NCBI GenBank assembly: GCA_963795855.1 | Contig: CAWCIZ010000003.1 | Location: 768,001-832,000, forward strand | Reading direction: 5' to 3' | Source: Vulcanimicrobiota bacterium | Lineage (GTDB): Bacteria > Vulcanimicrobiota > Vulcanimicrobiia > Vulcanimicrobiales > Vulcanimicrobiaceae | DNA length: 64,000 bases | Shown: positions 33,251-42,695 of the stretch, piece after piece | Position numbering within the stretch: the first letter of the stretch is position 1 | How the letters are laid out: each line of letters opens with the position of its first letter | The notes under the pieces: model-generated | Database searches by the model: none | What the model saw: the letters and a program-made list of their open reading frames with translations, nothing else | What the model was told of the DNA's origin: nothing | Position numbers and translations under genes: made by a program

Positions 33251-34442
33251 CGGCGCGCGCATTCTGCTATGCGTGACCGGCGGCGTCGCGGCATATAAAG
33301 CCGCCGCGTTAACCAGCACGCTCGTGCAGGCAGGCGCGCTGGTGGACGTCGTCATGACGGCGGAAGCCGAACGCTTCATCGCTCCGCTCACGTTCTCGTC
33401 GCTGACCGCGCGTCCCGTGTACACGTCGCTGTGGGACGCGCCCGAACGCATTCCGCACATTCGTCTCGTGCGCGAAGCGCGCGTCGCAATCGTCGTGCCT
33501 GCCACCGCGAACCTTCTCGCCAAACTCGCGCATGGAATAGCGGACGATCTCGTGACGACGGCGCTCTTGGCCGCGCGCATTCCGATCGTCATCGCACCCG
33601 CGATGAACGATGCGATGTACGGCAACGAAGCGACGAAGACGAATCTTCGCACGCTGGCCGAGCGCGGCGTTACGTTCGTCGATCCCGACTCGGGATTCTT
33701 GGCCGAACGGGAGCGCGGCGTAGGGCGCCTCGCCTCGGAAGAGGCGATCCTCGGTGTGCTGGAAACCGTGCTCGCGCGTACACAATCGCTGCGAGGAACG
33801 CGCGTCGTCATCACCGCGGGCCCTACGCGCGAAGCGTTCGATCCGGTTCGGTTCGTCAGCAATCCGTCGACTGGCGCAACCGGCATCGCCTTGGCGCGCG
33901 AGGCGGCGCAGCGGGGCGCGGACGTGACGCTGATCCTCGGTCCGACCGATTTAGAACCGCCCACGGGCGTGCGCGTCGCGCGCGTAGAAACCGCGCGTGA
34001 GATGCTCGATGCTTCGCTCGAACACGCTTCGGGATGCGCGCTTTTCATCGCATCGGCCGCGGTATCCGATTGGCGGCCCGAAACCGTGCAAACGCAGAAG
34101 GTGAAGAAGACGGACGCCGATCTCACCGTGACGATGGCGCGCAATCCGGACGTTTTGGCCGCAGTCGCCGAACGCAAAGGCGAAGCGTTCCTCGTCGGCT
34201 TCGCCGCCGAGACGCAGGACCACGAAGCGAACGCGCGCGAGAAGCTGCAGCGCAAGAAGCTGGACGCGATCGTCGTGAACGACGTTTCCGGAAAGCGGGC
34301 GTGGGGAGCACAGCGCAATTCGCTCACCGTTCTTTGGGGCGCGCACGGCCGTCGCGACATCGGCCAAGCCTCGAAAACGGTGTTGGCGGCGCGGCTGCTG
34401 GATTGCATTCACGAGCTTCGGAGCGGTAAGCCGTGCTCTTGA
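33237..34442 (+). CDS. coaBC: Bifunctional phosphopantothenoylcysteine decarboxylase/synthetase
   Basis: TGGVAAYK, PATAN, PAMN, TAGPTRE..DPVRFVSNPSTG, VGFAAET. Confidence 0.93.
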   Translation: MTAFDGARILLCVTGGVAAYKAAALTSTLVQAGALVDVVMTAEAERFIAPLTFSSLTARPVYTSLWDAPERIPHIRLVREARVAIVVPATANLLAKLAHGIADDLVTTALLAARIPIVIAPAMNDAMYGNEATKTNLRTLAERGVTFVDPDSGFLAERERGVGRLASEEAILGVLETVLARTQSLRGTRVVITAGPTREAFDPVRFVSNPSTGATGIALAREAAQRGADVTLILGPTDLEPPTGVRVARVETAREMLDASLEHASGCALFIASAAVSDWRPETVQTQKVKKTDADLTVTMARNPDVLAAVAERKGEAFLVGFAAETQDHEANAREKLQRKKLDAIVVNDVSGKRAWGAQRNSLTVLWGAHGRRDIGQASKTVLAARLLDCIHELRSGKPCS

Positions 34443-35209
34443 CCATCGACGTCGGGAACACGGAAACCAAACTCGGCGCCTTTGCGATGAACGGCTCGGA
34501 GCTGCTGCAGTTTTGGCGCGTCACGACCGAATCGAAACGCACGGCGGACGAATACGGCGTATTTTTCGCGCAGCTTTTCGCGACTGCGGAGTTGCGCGCT
34601 TCGGACGTCGAAGCGGTCGTGATTTCCAGCGTGGTGCCGAAGCTCGACCAAACGCTCGAACACGCGTGCAAGCGCTATCTCGGGTGCAGCCCGCTGTTTT
34701 TCAAATCGCATCGCCAAACGCTCATGCCTATTCTGACCGACCGCCCGGGCGAAGTCGGCGCGGATCTCGTCGCTGCGTCCATCGGCGCGCGCGAGTTGTA
34801 CGGTTCGCCGCTCATAGTCATCAGCTACGGCACGGCAACGGTGTTCATGGCCGTTTCGTCACGGGGCGAATACGAGGGCGTGGCAATCGCGCCGGGCATC
34901 AACATTTCCATCGACGCGCTCGTTGGGCGCACGGCGAAGCTGCCGCAGATCGCGCTCGAAGCACCCGGGCGCGCGATTGGAACCGACACGATTTCGGCGC
35001 TGCAATCGGGCATCGTCTACGGATTCGTCGGCCAGACCGAGGCGCTGGTTGCGCGCATGCGCGCCGAGATGGGCGTGGACGCCAAGGTGGTTGCGACCGG
35101 CGGCATGGCGGACGTCGTCGCGCGGCACACTGCCGTCGTGCACGCGGTCAACCCGCATCTGAGTTTGATCGGCCTGCGGCTGTTCTACCAGAAGCGCGAT
35201 CCCGGCTAA
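34433..35209 (+). CDS. coaX: Type III pantothenate kinase
   Basis: IDVGNT, SSVVP, VGAD, GTAT, IAPG, ATGG. Confidence 0.92.
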   Translation: MLLTIDVGNTETKLGAFAMNGSELLQFWRVTTESKRTADEYGVFFAQLFATAELRASDVEAVVISSVVPKLDQTLEHACKRYLGCSPLFFKSHRQTLMPILTDRPGEVGADLVAASIGARELYGSPLIVISYGTATVFMAVSSRGEYEGVAIAPGINISIDALVGRTAKLPQIALEAPGRAIGTDTISALQSGIVYGFVGQTEALVARMRAEMGVDAKVVATGGMADVVARHTAVVHAVNPHLSLIGLRLFYQKRDPG

Positions 35210-35254
35210 GACCGTAGGCAGGGGCGGCGGGCGCCGTGCTATACTACGCACCGT

Positions 35255-36268
35255 ATGAATCCCCGGACCGTCGAGCCGCTGATCATCGGACCGCACGCTA
35301 TCTGGCCGCCGCTCATTCTGGCGCCGATGTCGGGCGTGACCAACCGCACCATGCGGGCGCTTTACAAGCCCTTCGGTCTGGGCTTGACCGTCACCGAATT
35401 CGTCTCGGCCAACGCGCTGCAGTACGCTTCGAGCGCCAAGCGCACGATGGAGATGATCGATCAGCACGGGCTTGAAAAGCCGGTCAGCACGCAGCTCTGG
35501 GGTGACGATCCGGATGTGATGGCAAAGGCCGCAAAAGTCGTGCGCGAATGCGGCGCCGACATCGTCGACATCAACTTCGGATGCCCCGCACCGAAGATCA
35601 CCAAAATCAACGGCGGTTCGGCGTGCCTTCGCGACGTCGACCGGTGCGAAGCCATTATGCAAGCGGTCGTGAACGCCGTCGATTGTCCGGTTACGATGAA
35701 GATGCGGCTGGGCTGGGGCGAGAGCGACTTGGTGTACGTCGACGTGGCGAAACGCGCGCAGAAGGTCGGCGTGCGCGCCGTCACCTTGCACGCGCGGACC
35801 GCCAAACAGTTTTATAAAGGCAGCGCGAACTGGGAGCACATCAAGCGCCTCAAGCAGTCCGTTGACATCCCCGTCATCGGCAACGGCGACTTGGACGAGG
35901 CGCATCAAGCGATGCAGCGCATGCGTGAGAGCGGCGTGGATGCGATCATGCTGGGACGCGCGACGCTCGGCAATCCGTGGCTCATCTCGCAGATCCGCGA
36001 CCTCATGGAAGGGCGCGACGCGCAGGCGATGCCGTCGCCCGCCGACCGTTTGCGCTATGCGATTCGCGTGCACTATGCCGTGATGATCGAAGAGTTGGGA
36101 GAATCGCGCGCCGTGCCGCAGATGCGCAAGCATCTGGCGCTGTACCTCAAAGGGATTCCGGGCGCTGCGATGCTGCGCGAGCGCATCATGCATCTCGATC
36201 GGGCGCCCGACGTCGTCAACGTGGTCGAGGAAACGATCGCGTCGCTCGAACGCGCGGTGGCGGCGTGA
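35255..36268 (+). CDS. dusB: tRNA-dihydrouridine synthase
   Basis: LAPMSGVT, DINFGCP, KMRLGW, LHART, GNGD. Confidence 0.9.
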   Translation: MNPRTVEPLIIGPHAIWPPLILAPMSGVTNRTMRALYKPFGLGLTVTEFVSANALQYASSAKRTMEMIDQHGLEKPVSTQLWGDDPDVMAKAAKVVRECGADIVDINFGCPAPKITKINGGSACLRDVDRCEAIMQAVVNAVDCPVTMKMRLGWGESDLVYVDVAKRAQKVGVRAVTLHARTAKQFYKGSANWEHIKRLKQSVDIPVIGNGDLDEAHQAMQRMRESGVDAIMLGRATLGNPWLISQIRDLMEGRDAQAMPSPADRLRYAIRVHYAVMIEELGESRAVPQMRKHLALYLKGIPGAAMLRERIMHLDRAPDVVNVVEETIASLERAVAA

Positions 36269-37536
36269 AGGTTGAACTCGAGCCCGCCGGCGGGCAATCG
36301 CTGTACGACGAAGCCTACGAAAACTATAAGAACTACGTGAATCCGCCGCTCGCGCGGGTCATGAAACTTTCCGGCAGCCCGGTGGAAGTGCGCGCGCAAG
36401 GCTGCACCGTGTGGGATCAAAACGGCAAGGCGTATCTCGATTTCGCCGGCGGCTACGGCGTCTTCACGCTCGGGCACAGCCATCCCAAAGTCATCGCGGC
36501 GGTAAAGGCGCAGATGGAGCTGATGTCGCTGTCGGGCAAGACGATGTTCAACATCATGCTGGGCCGCGCGTCGAAACGGCTGGCGGAACTGGCGCCCGGC
36601 GATTTGCAGATCTCATTCTTCGGAAACAGCGGCGCCGAAGCCGTCGAAGGCGCGATAAAGCTCGCGCGCAAGGCGTCGGGGCGAACGAAGATCGTCGCGA
36701 CGAACAACGCGTACCACGGGAAGACGCTGGGCGCGCTTTCCGCGAGCGGGCGCGACTACTTCAAAAGCGCGTATGCCCCGCTGCTCGAGGGCGTCGCGCA
36801 CGCGCAATACGGCGTGGCGGACGGATTGGAAGAACTGCTCGCCGACGCTGCAGCGTTCATCGTCGAACCCGTGCAAGGCGAAGGCGGCGTCAACGTTCCG
36901 CCCGCCGGGTATTTGCGTGAAGTTCGTGCGCTGTGCGATCGCACGGGCGCGCTGTTCGTCGCCGATGAAGTGCAAACCGGTCTGGGCCGGTGCGGCATGC
37001 TGTTCGGCTGCAACCGCGACGGCGTCGTTCCCGACGTCATGACGCTTGCCAAAGGCTTGTCGGGCGGAATCATACCGGTCGGCGCGTACATTGCGCGCCC
37101 GGGCGTGTGGAACGCGGCGTACGCAAAAGATCCGGTCATGCATACGTCGACCTTTGGCGGCAACGAACTCGCATGCGCCGCGGCGCTCGCCGCGATGGAC
37201 GCGTTAATCGAGGAAGACTTGGTCGAGAACGCGCGCGCGCGCGGCGAAGAGTTGCTTTCCGGCGCGCGCGAACTCGCACGCAAATATCCCGCCGTCGTCA
37301 AAGAAGCGCGTGGTTTGGGACTGCTCGTCGGCGTCGAACTAACGAGTGAAGGCTACGGGGGCTGGATCATTCCGGAGATGGTCAAGCGCGGCGTTACGGC
37401 CGCGTGGACGCTGAATATGCAGCGCGTGATTCGCCTGGAGCCGCCGCTCGTCGTCACGCAAGGCGAAGTGGAACGGGCTTTGGATGCGCTCGAAGCAGGG
37501 CTGGCGACTGCCCAAGAGAAGCTCGGCGCACTCTAG
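36265..37536 (+). CDS. Class III PLP aminotransferase (putrescine/acetylornithine aminotransferase-like)
   Basis: NSGAEAVE, YHGKT, EPVQGEGG, DEVQTGLGR, LAKGLSGG, STFGGN. Confidence 0.88.
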   Translation: MKVELEPAGGQSLYDEAYENYKNYVNPPLARVMKLSGSPVEVRAQGCTVWDQNGKAYLDFAGGYGVFTLGHSHPKVIAAVKAQMELMSLSGKTMFNIMLGRASKRLAELAPGDLQISFFGNSGAEAVEGAIKLARKASGRTKIVATNNAYHGKTLGALSASGRDYFKSAYAPLLEGVAHAQYGVADGLEELLADAAAFIVEPVQGEGGVNVPPAGYLREVRALCDRTGALFVADEVQTGLGRCGMLFGCNRDGVVPDVMTLAKGLSGGIIPVGAYIARPGVWNAAYAKDPVMHTSTFGGNELACAAALAAMDALIEEDLVENARARGEELLSGARELARKYPAVVKEARGLGLLVGVELTSEGYGGWIIPEMVKRGVTAAWTLNMQRVIRLEPPLVVTQGEVERALDALEAGLATAQEKLGAL

Positions 37537-37540
37537 CGGA

Positions 37541-38005
37541 ATGCCGTACGTCGAAACATCCATCGTGATTGCCGCTCCCGCTCGCGTCGTCTACGAATTG
37601 GCCAAACAACAGGAACGCTTTCCGGACTTCATGCCCGACGTCGAAACGGTAACGGTGCTGGAGCGCCATCCCGATCATCTGCTCACGCGGTGGAAAACCC
37701 TAGTCGAAGAAGCGCCGATCGAATGGGTCGAGGAAGACCGTTTCAACGACGCCGAGCTTCGCATCGATTACAAACTGCTCGAGGGTGATTTGGACAAATT
37801 CGAGGGCGCGTGGACGTTTGCGGAAAACGGCGGAGAAACGCACGTCGTTCTGGGCGTTGACTACGATTTCGGCGTTCCGACGCTCGCGGAGCTGATCGGC
37901 CCGACGCTCGAACGCAAAGTGCGCGAGAACAGCGACATGATGCTCGCAGCCCTTAAGCGCGAAGCGGAGGGTGCAGCGGGCGCACACGGGGAGAGCGTAC
38001 TGTGA
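37541..38005 (+). CDS. SRPBCC/START-fold (polyketide cyclase/Coq10-like) lipid-binding protein
   Basis: ERFPDFMPDV, EGDLDKFEGAW. Confidence 0.8.
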   Translation: MPYVETSIVIAAPARVVYELAKQQERFPDFMPDVETVTVLERHPDHLLTRWKTLVEEAPIEWVEEDRFNDAELRIDYKLLEGDLDKFEGAWTFAENGGETHVVLGVDYDFGVPTLAELIGPTLERKVRENSDMMLAALKREAEGAAGAHGESVL

Positions 38006-38016
38006 ACGCCTGTAAC

Positions 38017-39126
38017 ATGCCGAAATTCTGTTTCGTCGTGCATCCGCTCTCGATTGACGATATCGAAAGATACGAACCGAGTGCCAAAGGCAAAGGCCCG
38101 GCAATCATCCGCAAGATCATGGAGTGGATGCCGCCGTGGGCCGCCGTCCACGTGACCGGCGTGCGCACGCCCGACGGACGCGAGACCGAAGGATGGTTCG
38201 TTTCCGCCGCGCTGTTTCCGGAACAGATGATCGAGTTTCCGCGTGAAGAGGTCTACAAACGGATCGTTCGCGCGATTGAAATCGGTGCGGAATTGGGCGC
38301 CGAAGTCGCCGGGCTCGGCGCGTTCACCGGCGTTGTGGGCGACGGCGGCGTCACGGTCGCCGAGCGTTCGCCGATTCCGGTAACGACCGGAAACTCGCTG
38401 ACAATCGCAGCGGGCATCCAAAGCCTATTCCGCGGCGCCGAAGAGATGCAAATCGATGCGAAGGACGCAACGGCGGTGATCGTCGGCGCAACGGGGTCCA
38501 TCGGATCGGCATGCGTCCACCTCGTCGCGCCCAGAGTCAAACACGTCGTTCTCGTCGCGCGCAACCAAACGCGCCTTGCGAAATTTCACGAGTCGGTCCG
38601 CGACGATCTTCCGTGCAGTTCATCGGCGACGACGGATATCTCCCAAGCCGTTCGCCAAGGCCGGCTGATCTTGACCGCGACCAGTTCCACGCAGGATGTG
38701 ATCCAACCGGAGGACTTGCAAACCGGTGCCGTCGTCTGTGAACTTTCGCTTCCGCATGACGTGAGCCGGCGCGTCGCGCAGGACCGGCCCGACGTCTTGG
38801 TTACCGAAGGCGGAAACATGCTCGTGCCGGGAAACGTGCGTTTCGAACGCGTGCGGGAACCCGGTTTGGATTGGGATACGAATTTGCCGCCGCGCACGGC
38901 GCTCGCGTGCATGAGCGAAACGATGGTGCTCGCGCTGGAGAACCGCCTCGAGTGTTACACGCTCGGCCGCGGTATCGAACTGGGCAAAGTCGTCGAAATT
39001 GCGGAGATGGCGCAGCGTTGCGGCTTCACGCTCGCGACCATGCGCGCATTCGATACCGCGATCACGCCGGAAAGAATCGCCGCGACGCGTGCTGCAGCGC
39101 AAGAGCGCCGCAAGGTCTTCGCATGA
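38017..39126 (+). CDS. Acyl-ACP reductase-like NAD(P)-dependent oxidoreductase
   Basis: LGAFT, TTGNSLT, VGATGSIG and ACMSETMVLALE resemble cyanobacterial acyl-ACP reductase. Confidence 0.7.
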   Translation: MPKFCFVVHPLSIDDIERYEPSAKGKGPAIIRKIMEWMPPWAAVHVTGVRTPDGRETEGWFVSAALFPEQMIEFPREEVYKRIVRAIEIGAELGAEVAGLGAFTGVVGDGGVTVAERSPIPVTTGNSLTIAAGIQSLFRGAEEMQIDAKDATAVIVGATGSIGSACVHLVAPRVKHVVLVARNQTRLAKFHESVRDDLPCSSSATTDISQAVRQGRLILTATSSTQDVIQPEDLQTGAVVCELSLPHDVSRRVAQDRPDVLVTEGGNMLVPGNVRFERVREPGLDWDTNLPPRTALACMSETMVLALENRLECYTLGRGIELGKVVEIAEMAQRCGFTLATMRAFDTAITPERIAATRAAAQERRKVFA

Positions 39127-40028
39127 AGTCCGTCGTTTCCGTATCGCTCGGAAGCAGCACTCGCGATCATCGCGCACAGGTACGTCTCCTCGGCGAAGAC
39201 TTCGACATCTCGCGCGTCGGGACCGACGGAAAGCTCGATGCGGCGATCGCCAAAGTGCACGAACTCGACGGTAAAGTCGACGCAATCGGCTTGGGCGGCA
39301 TCGACGTTTATCTGTATGCCGGAAAGCACCGCTATGCGCTGCGCGACGGTCTGCGTTTGCTCGAAGCAGCGAAAACGACGCCGGTGGTCGACGGCAGCGG
39401 CCTGAAGAATACGCTCGAGCGGGAAGCGGTGCGCTTCATACAAGAGGATTTGGGCATCGATCTGAAAGGCATGCACGTGCTCATGGTCAGCGCGCTGGAT
39501 CGCTTCGGCATGGCGCAAGCGCTGGTCGATGCGGGCGCTGACGTGCTCTTCGGCGACTTCATCTTCGCGCTCGATCTCGACAAACCGGTCAAAGGGTTGC
39601 ACGAGTTCGAGGAAATGGCGGAAAAGTATCTGCCGGATGCGTGCAAACTGCCGTTTCAGTTTTTTTATCCCACCGGCAAGAAACAAGATCGGCCGCCGCA
39701 GCCGAAGTATCCGCAGTACTACCATGACGCGGACATCGTCGCCGGCGATTTTCACTTCATGCGCCAGTTCATGCCGGACGACATGACGGGCAAGATCGTC
39801 CTCACCAACACGGTCACGGAGAACGACGTGGACGAGCTGCGCAAACGCGGCGTGAAACTGCTGGTCACCACGACGCCCGATTTTCAGGGCCGCTCCTTCG
39901 GAACCAACGTGGTCGAGGCGGCGCTCCTGGTGCTGCTCGGAAAGACCTGGTCCGAGGTCACGCCGGCCGACTACGAGCGTTTGCTTGAGAATCTCCATCT
40001 GCAGCCCCGCGTGCTCAGCCTGAACTAG
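39123..40028 (+). CDS. Conserved uncharacterised protein (family often auto-annotated 'quinate 5-dehydrogenase')
   Basis: VVSVSLGSS.RD, AIGLGG, PVVDGSGLK, GRSFGTNVVEA; ATGA-coupled to upstream gene. Confidence 0.6.
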   Translation: MKSVVSVSLGSSTRDHRAQVRLLGEDFDISRVGTDGKLDAAIAKVHELDGKVDAIGLGGIDVYLYAGKHRYALRDGLRLLEAAKTTPVVDGSGLKNTLEREAVRFIQEDLGIDLKGMHVLMVSALDRFGMAQALVDAGADVLFGDFIFALDLDKPVKGLHEFEEMAEKYLPDACKLPFQFFYPTGKKQDRPPQPKYPQYYHDADIVAGDFHFMRQFMPDDMTGKIVLTNTVTENDVDELRKRGVKLLVTTTPDFQGRSFGTNVVEAALLVLLGKTWSEVTPADYERLLENLHLQPRVLSLN

Positions 40029-40221
40029 CGGGCCCACGATCGGCTGCCACCTTTGCGGCAGAGGGCGGGTTCACGCATACATAACCGGGATGTGGGGAAA
40101 AGCAGCAGGCCAGTACCCCGGGCATTGCGAACCAACCGCGCCAGCGCCCCCGCTTTAGGGGCGCTTCATTGCAGAGGCCGTCCGGTTTTGGCCGGACGCC
40201 TTCATTACTGAGGGTCCGTAC

Positions 40222-40740
40222 TTGAACGAGAAAGAGATCGTCCTTACCAGAGAGGGTCTGGAAAAGCTCGAGCGTGAGCTCGACGATCTGAAGACCATCC
40301 ACCGCAGGGAAGTCAACGACCGCATCCGCCAGGCCAAAGAGTTCGGCGATCTCAGCGAAAACGCGGAGTACGAGGACGCCAAGCAAGAGCAGGCCTTCAT
40401 CGAGGGCCGCATCCTGAAGCTCGAGTCGATGATCCGCAATGCGCGGCTGATAGAAGAGTCCGATTACGCGGCGGGTGAAGTGCACCTCGGCTGCACGGTG
40501 AAGGTGAAAGACCTCAAGACCGGTTCGAGCCACGAGTTTTCAATCGTCGGCTCCGCAGAGGCAGATCCGGCGAACCACCGCATCAGCAACGAGTCGCCCC
40601 TGGGCCGCGCGCTCATGGGGCACAAGAAAGCGGAAACGGTCGACGTCGTCACGCCGCGCGGCACGGTCAAGTACAAAGTCGAATCGATTAAGAGCGGCGG
40701 CATCGCCGCCCCGAAAAAGGCCGCAAAAAAGGCTTCTTAG
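40222..40740 (+). CDS. greA: Transcription elongation factor GreA
   Basis: FGDLSENAEYEDAK, ISNESPLGRAL. Confidence 0.95.
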   Translation: MNEKEIVLTREGLEKLERELDDLKTIHRREVNDRIRQAKEFGDLSENAEYEDAKQEQAFIEGRILKLESMIRNARLIEESDYAAGEVHLGCTVKVKDLKTGSSHEFSIVGSAEADPANHRISNESPLGRALMGHKKAETVDVVTPRGTVKYKVESIKSGGIAAPKKAAKKAS

Positions 40741-40774
40741 TCAGAACCCGCCGTACCCATTTCCAGGAGCACTC

Positions 40775-40800
40775 GAAAACCCGCATCCGTGCGGGTTTTC
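40775..40800 (+). terminator. Intrinsic terminator after greA
   Basis: GAAAACCCGCA-TCCG-TGCGGGTTTTC. Confidence 0.75.
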
Positions 40801-40923
40801 TGTTGCGATGCTTTTTCGAGAGAACAAGTTTTGAAGCAGCCATCCTGGCCGGTTCGAAAAAGCCCAACGCTCCTGGAAACGGATACGACGGGTGCCTGAC
40901 TGTTCGCTGAGAACTATTGCGCG

Positions 40924-42417
40924 ATGAACGAGGACCTGGGAAAGACCGAGGCGGCTCTCGTGCAGGCTCGGCGCGACAATTTGGCGGCAATGCGGTCGCG
41001 CGGCACCGATCCCTTCACGCAAACGCGCTATGCGGTCGACGCGGCGGTTCTCGAACTGCTCGAAAAATATGCGTTCTTGGAAACGGGCCAGCGAGCCGAA
41101 ACGGAAAACTGGTCGCTCGCCGGCCGCATCATGTCCAAACGCGACATGGGCAAGACGATCTTCGCCGATTTACACGACCGAACCGGGCGTCTGCAGCTCT
41201 ACGTTCGCAAAGACGAGATCGGCGATGCGGCGTTCAACGATTGGAAAGACCTGGATATCGGCGATTTGGCGGGCGTTCAGGGGTTCATGTTCCGCTCGCA
41301 AAAAGGCGAGCTCTCGCTGCACGTGCGCAGCTTCGCGGTGCTGTGCAAATCGCTCTATCCGCTGCCCGACAAGTGGCACGGTTTGACCGACGTCGAAAAG
41401 CGCTACCGGCAGCGCTACGTCGACCTGATTGTGAATCCGGAGGTGCGCGACACGTTCGTTCTGCGCAGCCGCATCATCGCCGAAATGCGCAGGTTCATCG
41501 ACTCGTACGGCTTTTTCGAGGTCGAAACGCCGACGCTGCTGCACGTGGCGGGCGGAGCCGCGGCGCGTCCGTTCATGACCCACGTGAACGCCCTCGATCA
41601 ACTGATGCAGATGCGCATCGCGACGGAACTCAATCTCAAGCGGCTGATCGTCGGCGGTATGGAGCGCGTCTACGAAATCGGACGCATCTTTCGCAACGAG
41701 GGCATCGACACGACGCACAACCCCGAATTCACGATGCTCGAACTCTACGCCGCGTACTGGGACGTCAACGATATGATGGCGTTCAACGAAGCGCTGATCG
41801 CGCACTTGGTGTCGACCAGCACGGGCGGCAGAGACGAACTCGTCATCGGCGAGCATACGATTTCGTTCAAGCGGCCGTTCGCGCGGATCGAATATCTCGA
41901 CGGCATCGCACAGTATGGCGGCTACACGCGCGAACGATTGCTCGATCCGCAGGGCGCCGCGGAAATTTTGGCCGATCTCCGCTTGCCCGAATCGCCAACG
42001 CATGGGCACGCGCTCGACAAGATCTTCGAGCGCGTTTTGGAACCGCACCTCACCCAGCCGACCTTCGTGACCGGCTATCCGGTGCTTATTTCGCCGCTCG
42101 CGAAGAGACGCGCCGCCGATCCGGACATCACCGATCGGTACGAACTGTTCTGCGCGAGCATGGAGATCAGCAACGCGTTCACGGAACTCAACGATCCGGA
42201 CGACCAGCGAATGCGCTTCGAAGCGCAGGTCGGCGAACGCGCAAAAGGCGATGAGGAGATTCCCGAACCGGACTGGGATTTCGTGCGCGCGCTCGAGTAC
42301 GGCATGCCGCCGACGGCCGGCATCGGAGTCGGCGTGGATCGGCTCGTGATGCTGTTGACCGGTCAGCAGAGTATCCGCGACGTCATTCTGTTTCCGCTGC
42401 AAAAGCAGCACGGATAG
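40924..42417 (+). CDS. lysS: Lysine-tRNA ligase (class II)
   Basis: YRQRYVDL, EVETP, FRNEGID..HNPEFT, YGMPPTAGIGVGVDRL. Confidence 0.96.
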   Translation: MNEDLGKTEAALVQARRDNLAAMRSRGTDPFTQTRYAVDAAVLELLEKYAFLETGQRAETENWSLAGRIMSKRDMGKTIFADLHDRTGRLQLYVRKDEIGDAAFNDWKDLDIGDLAGVQGFMFRSQKGELSLHVRSFAVLCKSLYPLPDKWHGLTDVEKRYRQRYVDLIVNPEVRDTFVLRSRIIAEMRRFIDSYGFFEVETPTLLHVAGGAAARPFMTHVNALDQLMQMRIATELNLKRLIVGGMERVYEIGRIFRNEGIDTTHNPEFTMLELYAAYWDVNDMMAFNEALIAHLVSTSTGGRDELVIGEHTISFKRPFARIEYLDGIAQYGGYTRERLLDPQGAAEILADLRLPESPTHGHALDKIFERVLEPHLTQPTFVTGYPVLISPLAKRRAADPDITDRYELFCASMEISNAFTELNDPDDQRMRFEAQVGERAKGDEEIPEPDWDFVRALEYGMPPTAGIGVGVDRLVMLLTGQQSIRDVILFPLQKQHG

Positions 42418-42419
42418 CC

Positions 42420-42578
42420 ATGCAACTGCTCAAGTGCGCTCACGAACCATGCACGTGCAGCGTCGACGTCGGCGCGCAATACTGCTGCAGCGCATGCAAG
42501 GAAGACGCCGCCCAAACCACTCCGCCGAGCGCGCATAACGGCTGCCGCTGCCGTCACACTTCTTGCGAAGCCAGGTAA
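42420..42578 (+). CDS. Bacterial metallothionein (SmtA/BmtA-like), 52 aa, absent from ORF track
   Basis: Manual translation MQLLKCAHEPCTCSVDVGAQYCCSACKEDAAQTTPPSAHNGCRCRHTSCEAR: 9 Cys, 3 His. Confidence 0.8.
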   Translation: MQLLKCAHEPCTCSVDVGAQYCCSACKEDAAQTTPPSAHNGCRCRHTSCEAR

Positions 42579-42695
42579 CACAAGACGCTCCGGCGTCCGT
42601 GCTCTTTGCCGCTAGGGTCTTGTCACAATTGCAGGCAGCGTTGGGGTCATTCGTGAAAACCGCCTGATAACCGAGCTTCTTCGAAAGGAAACGCC

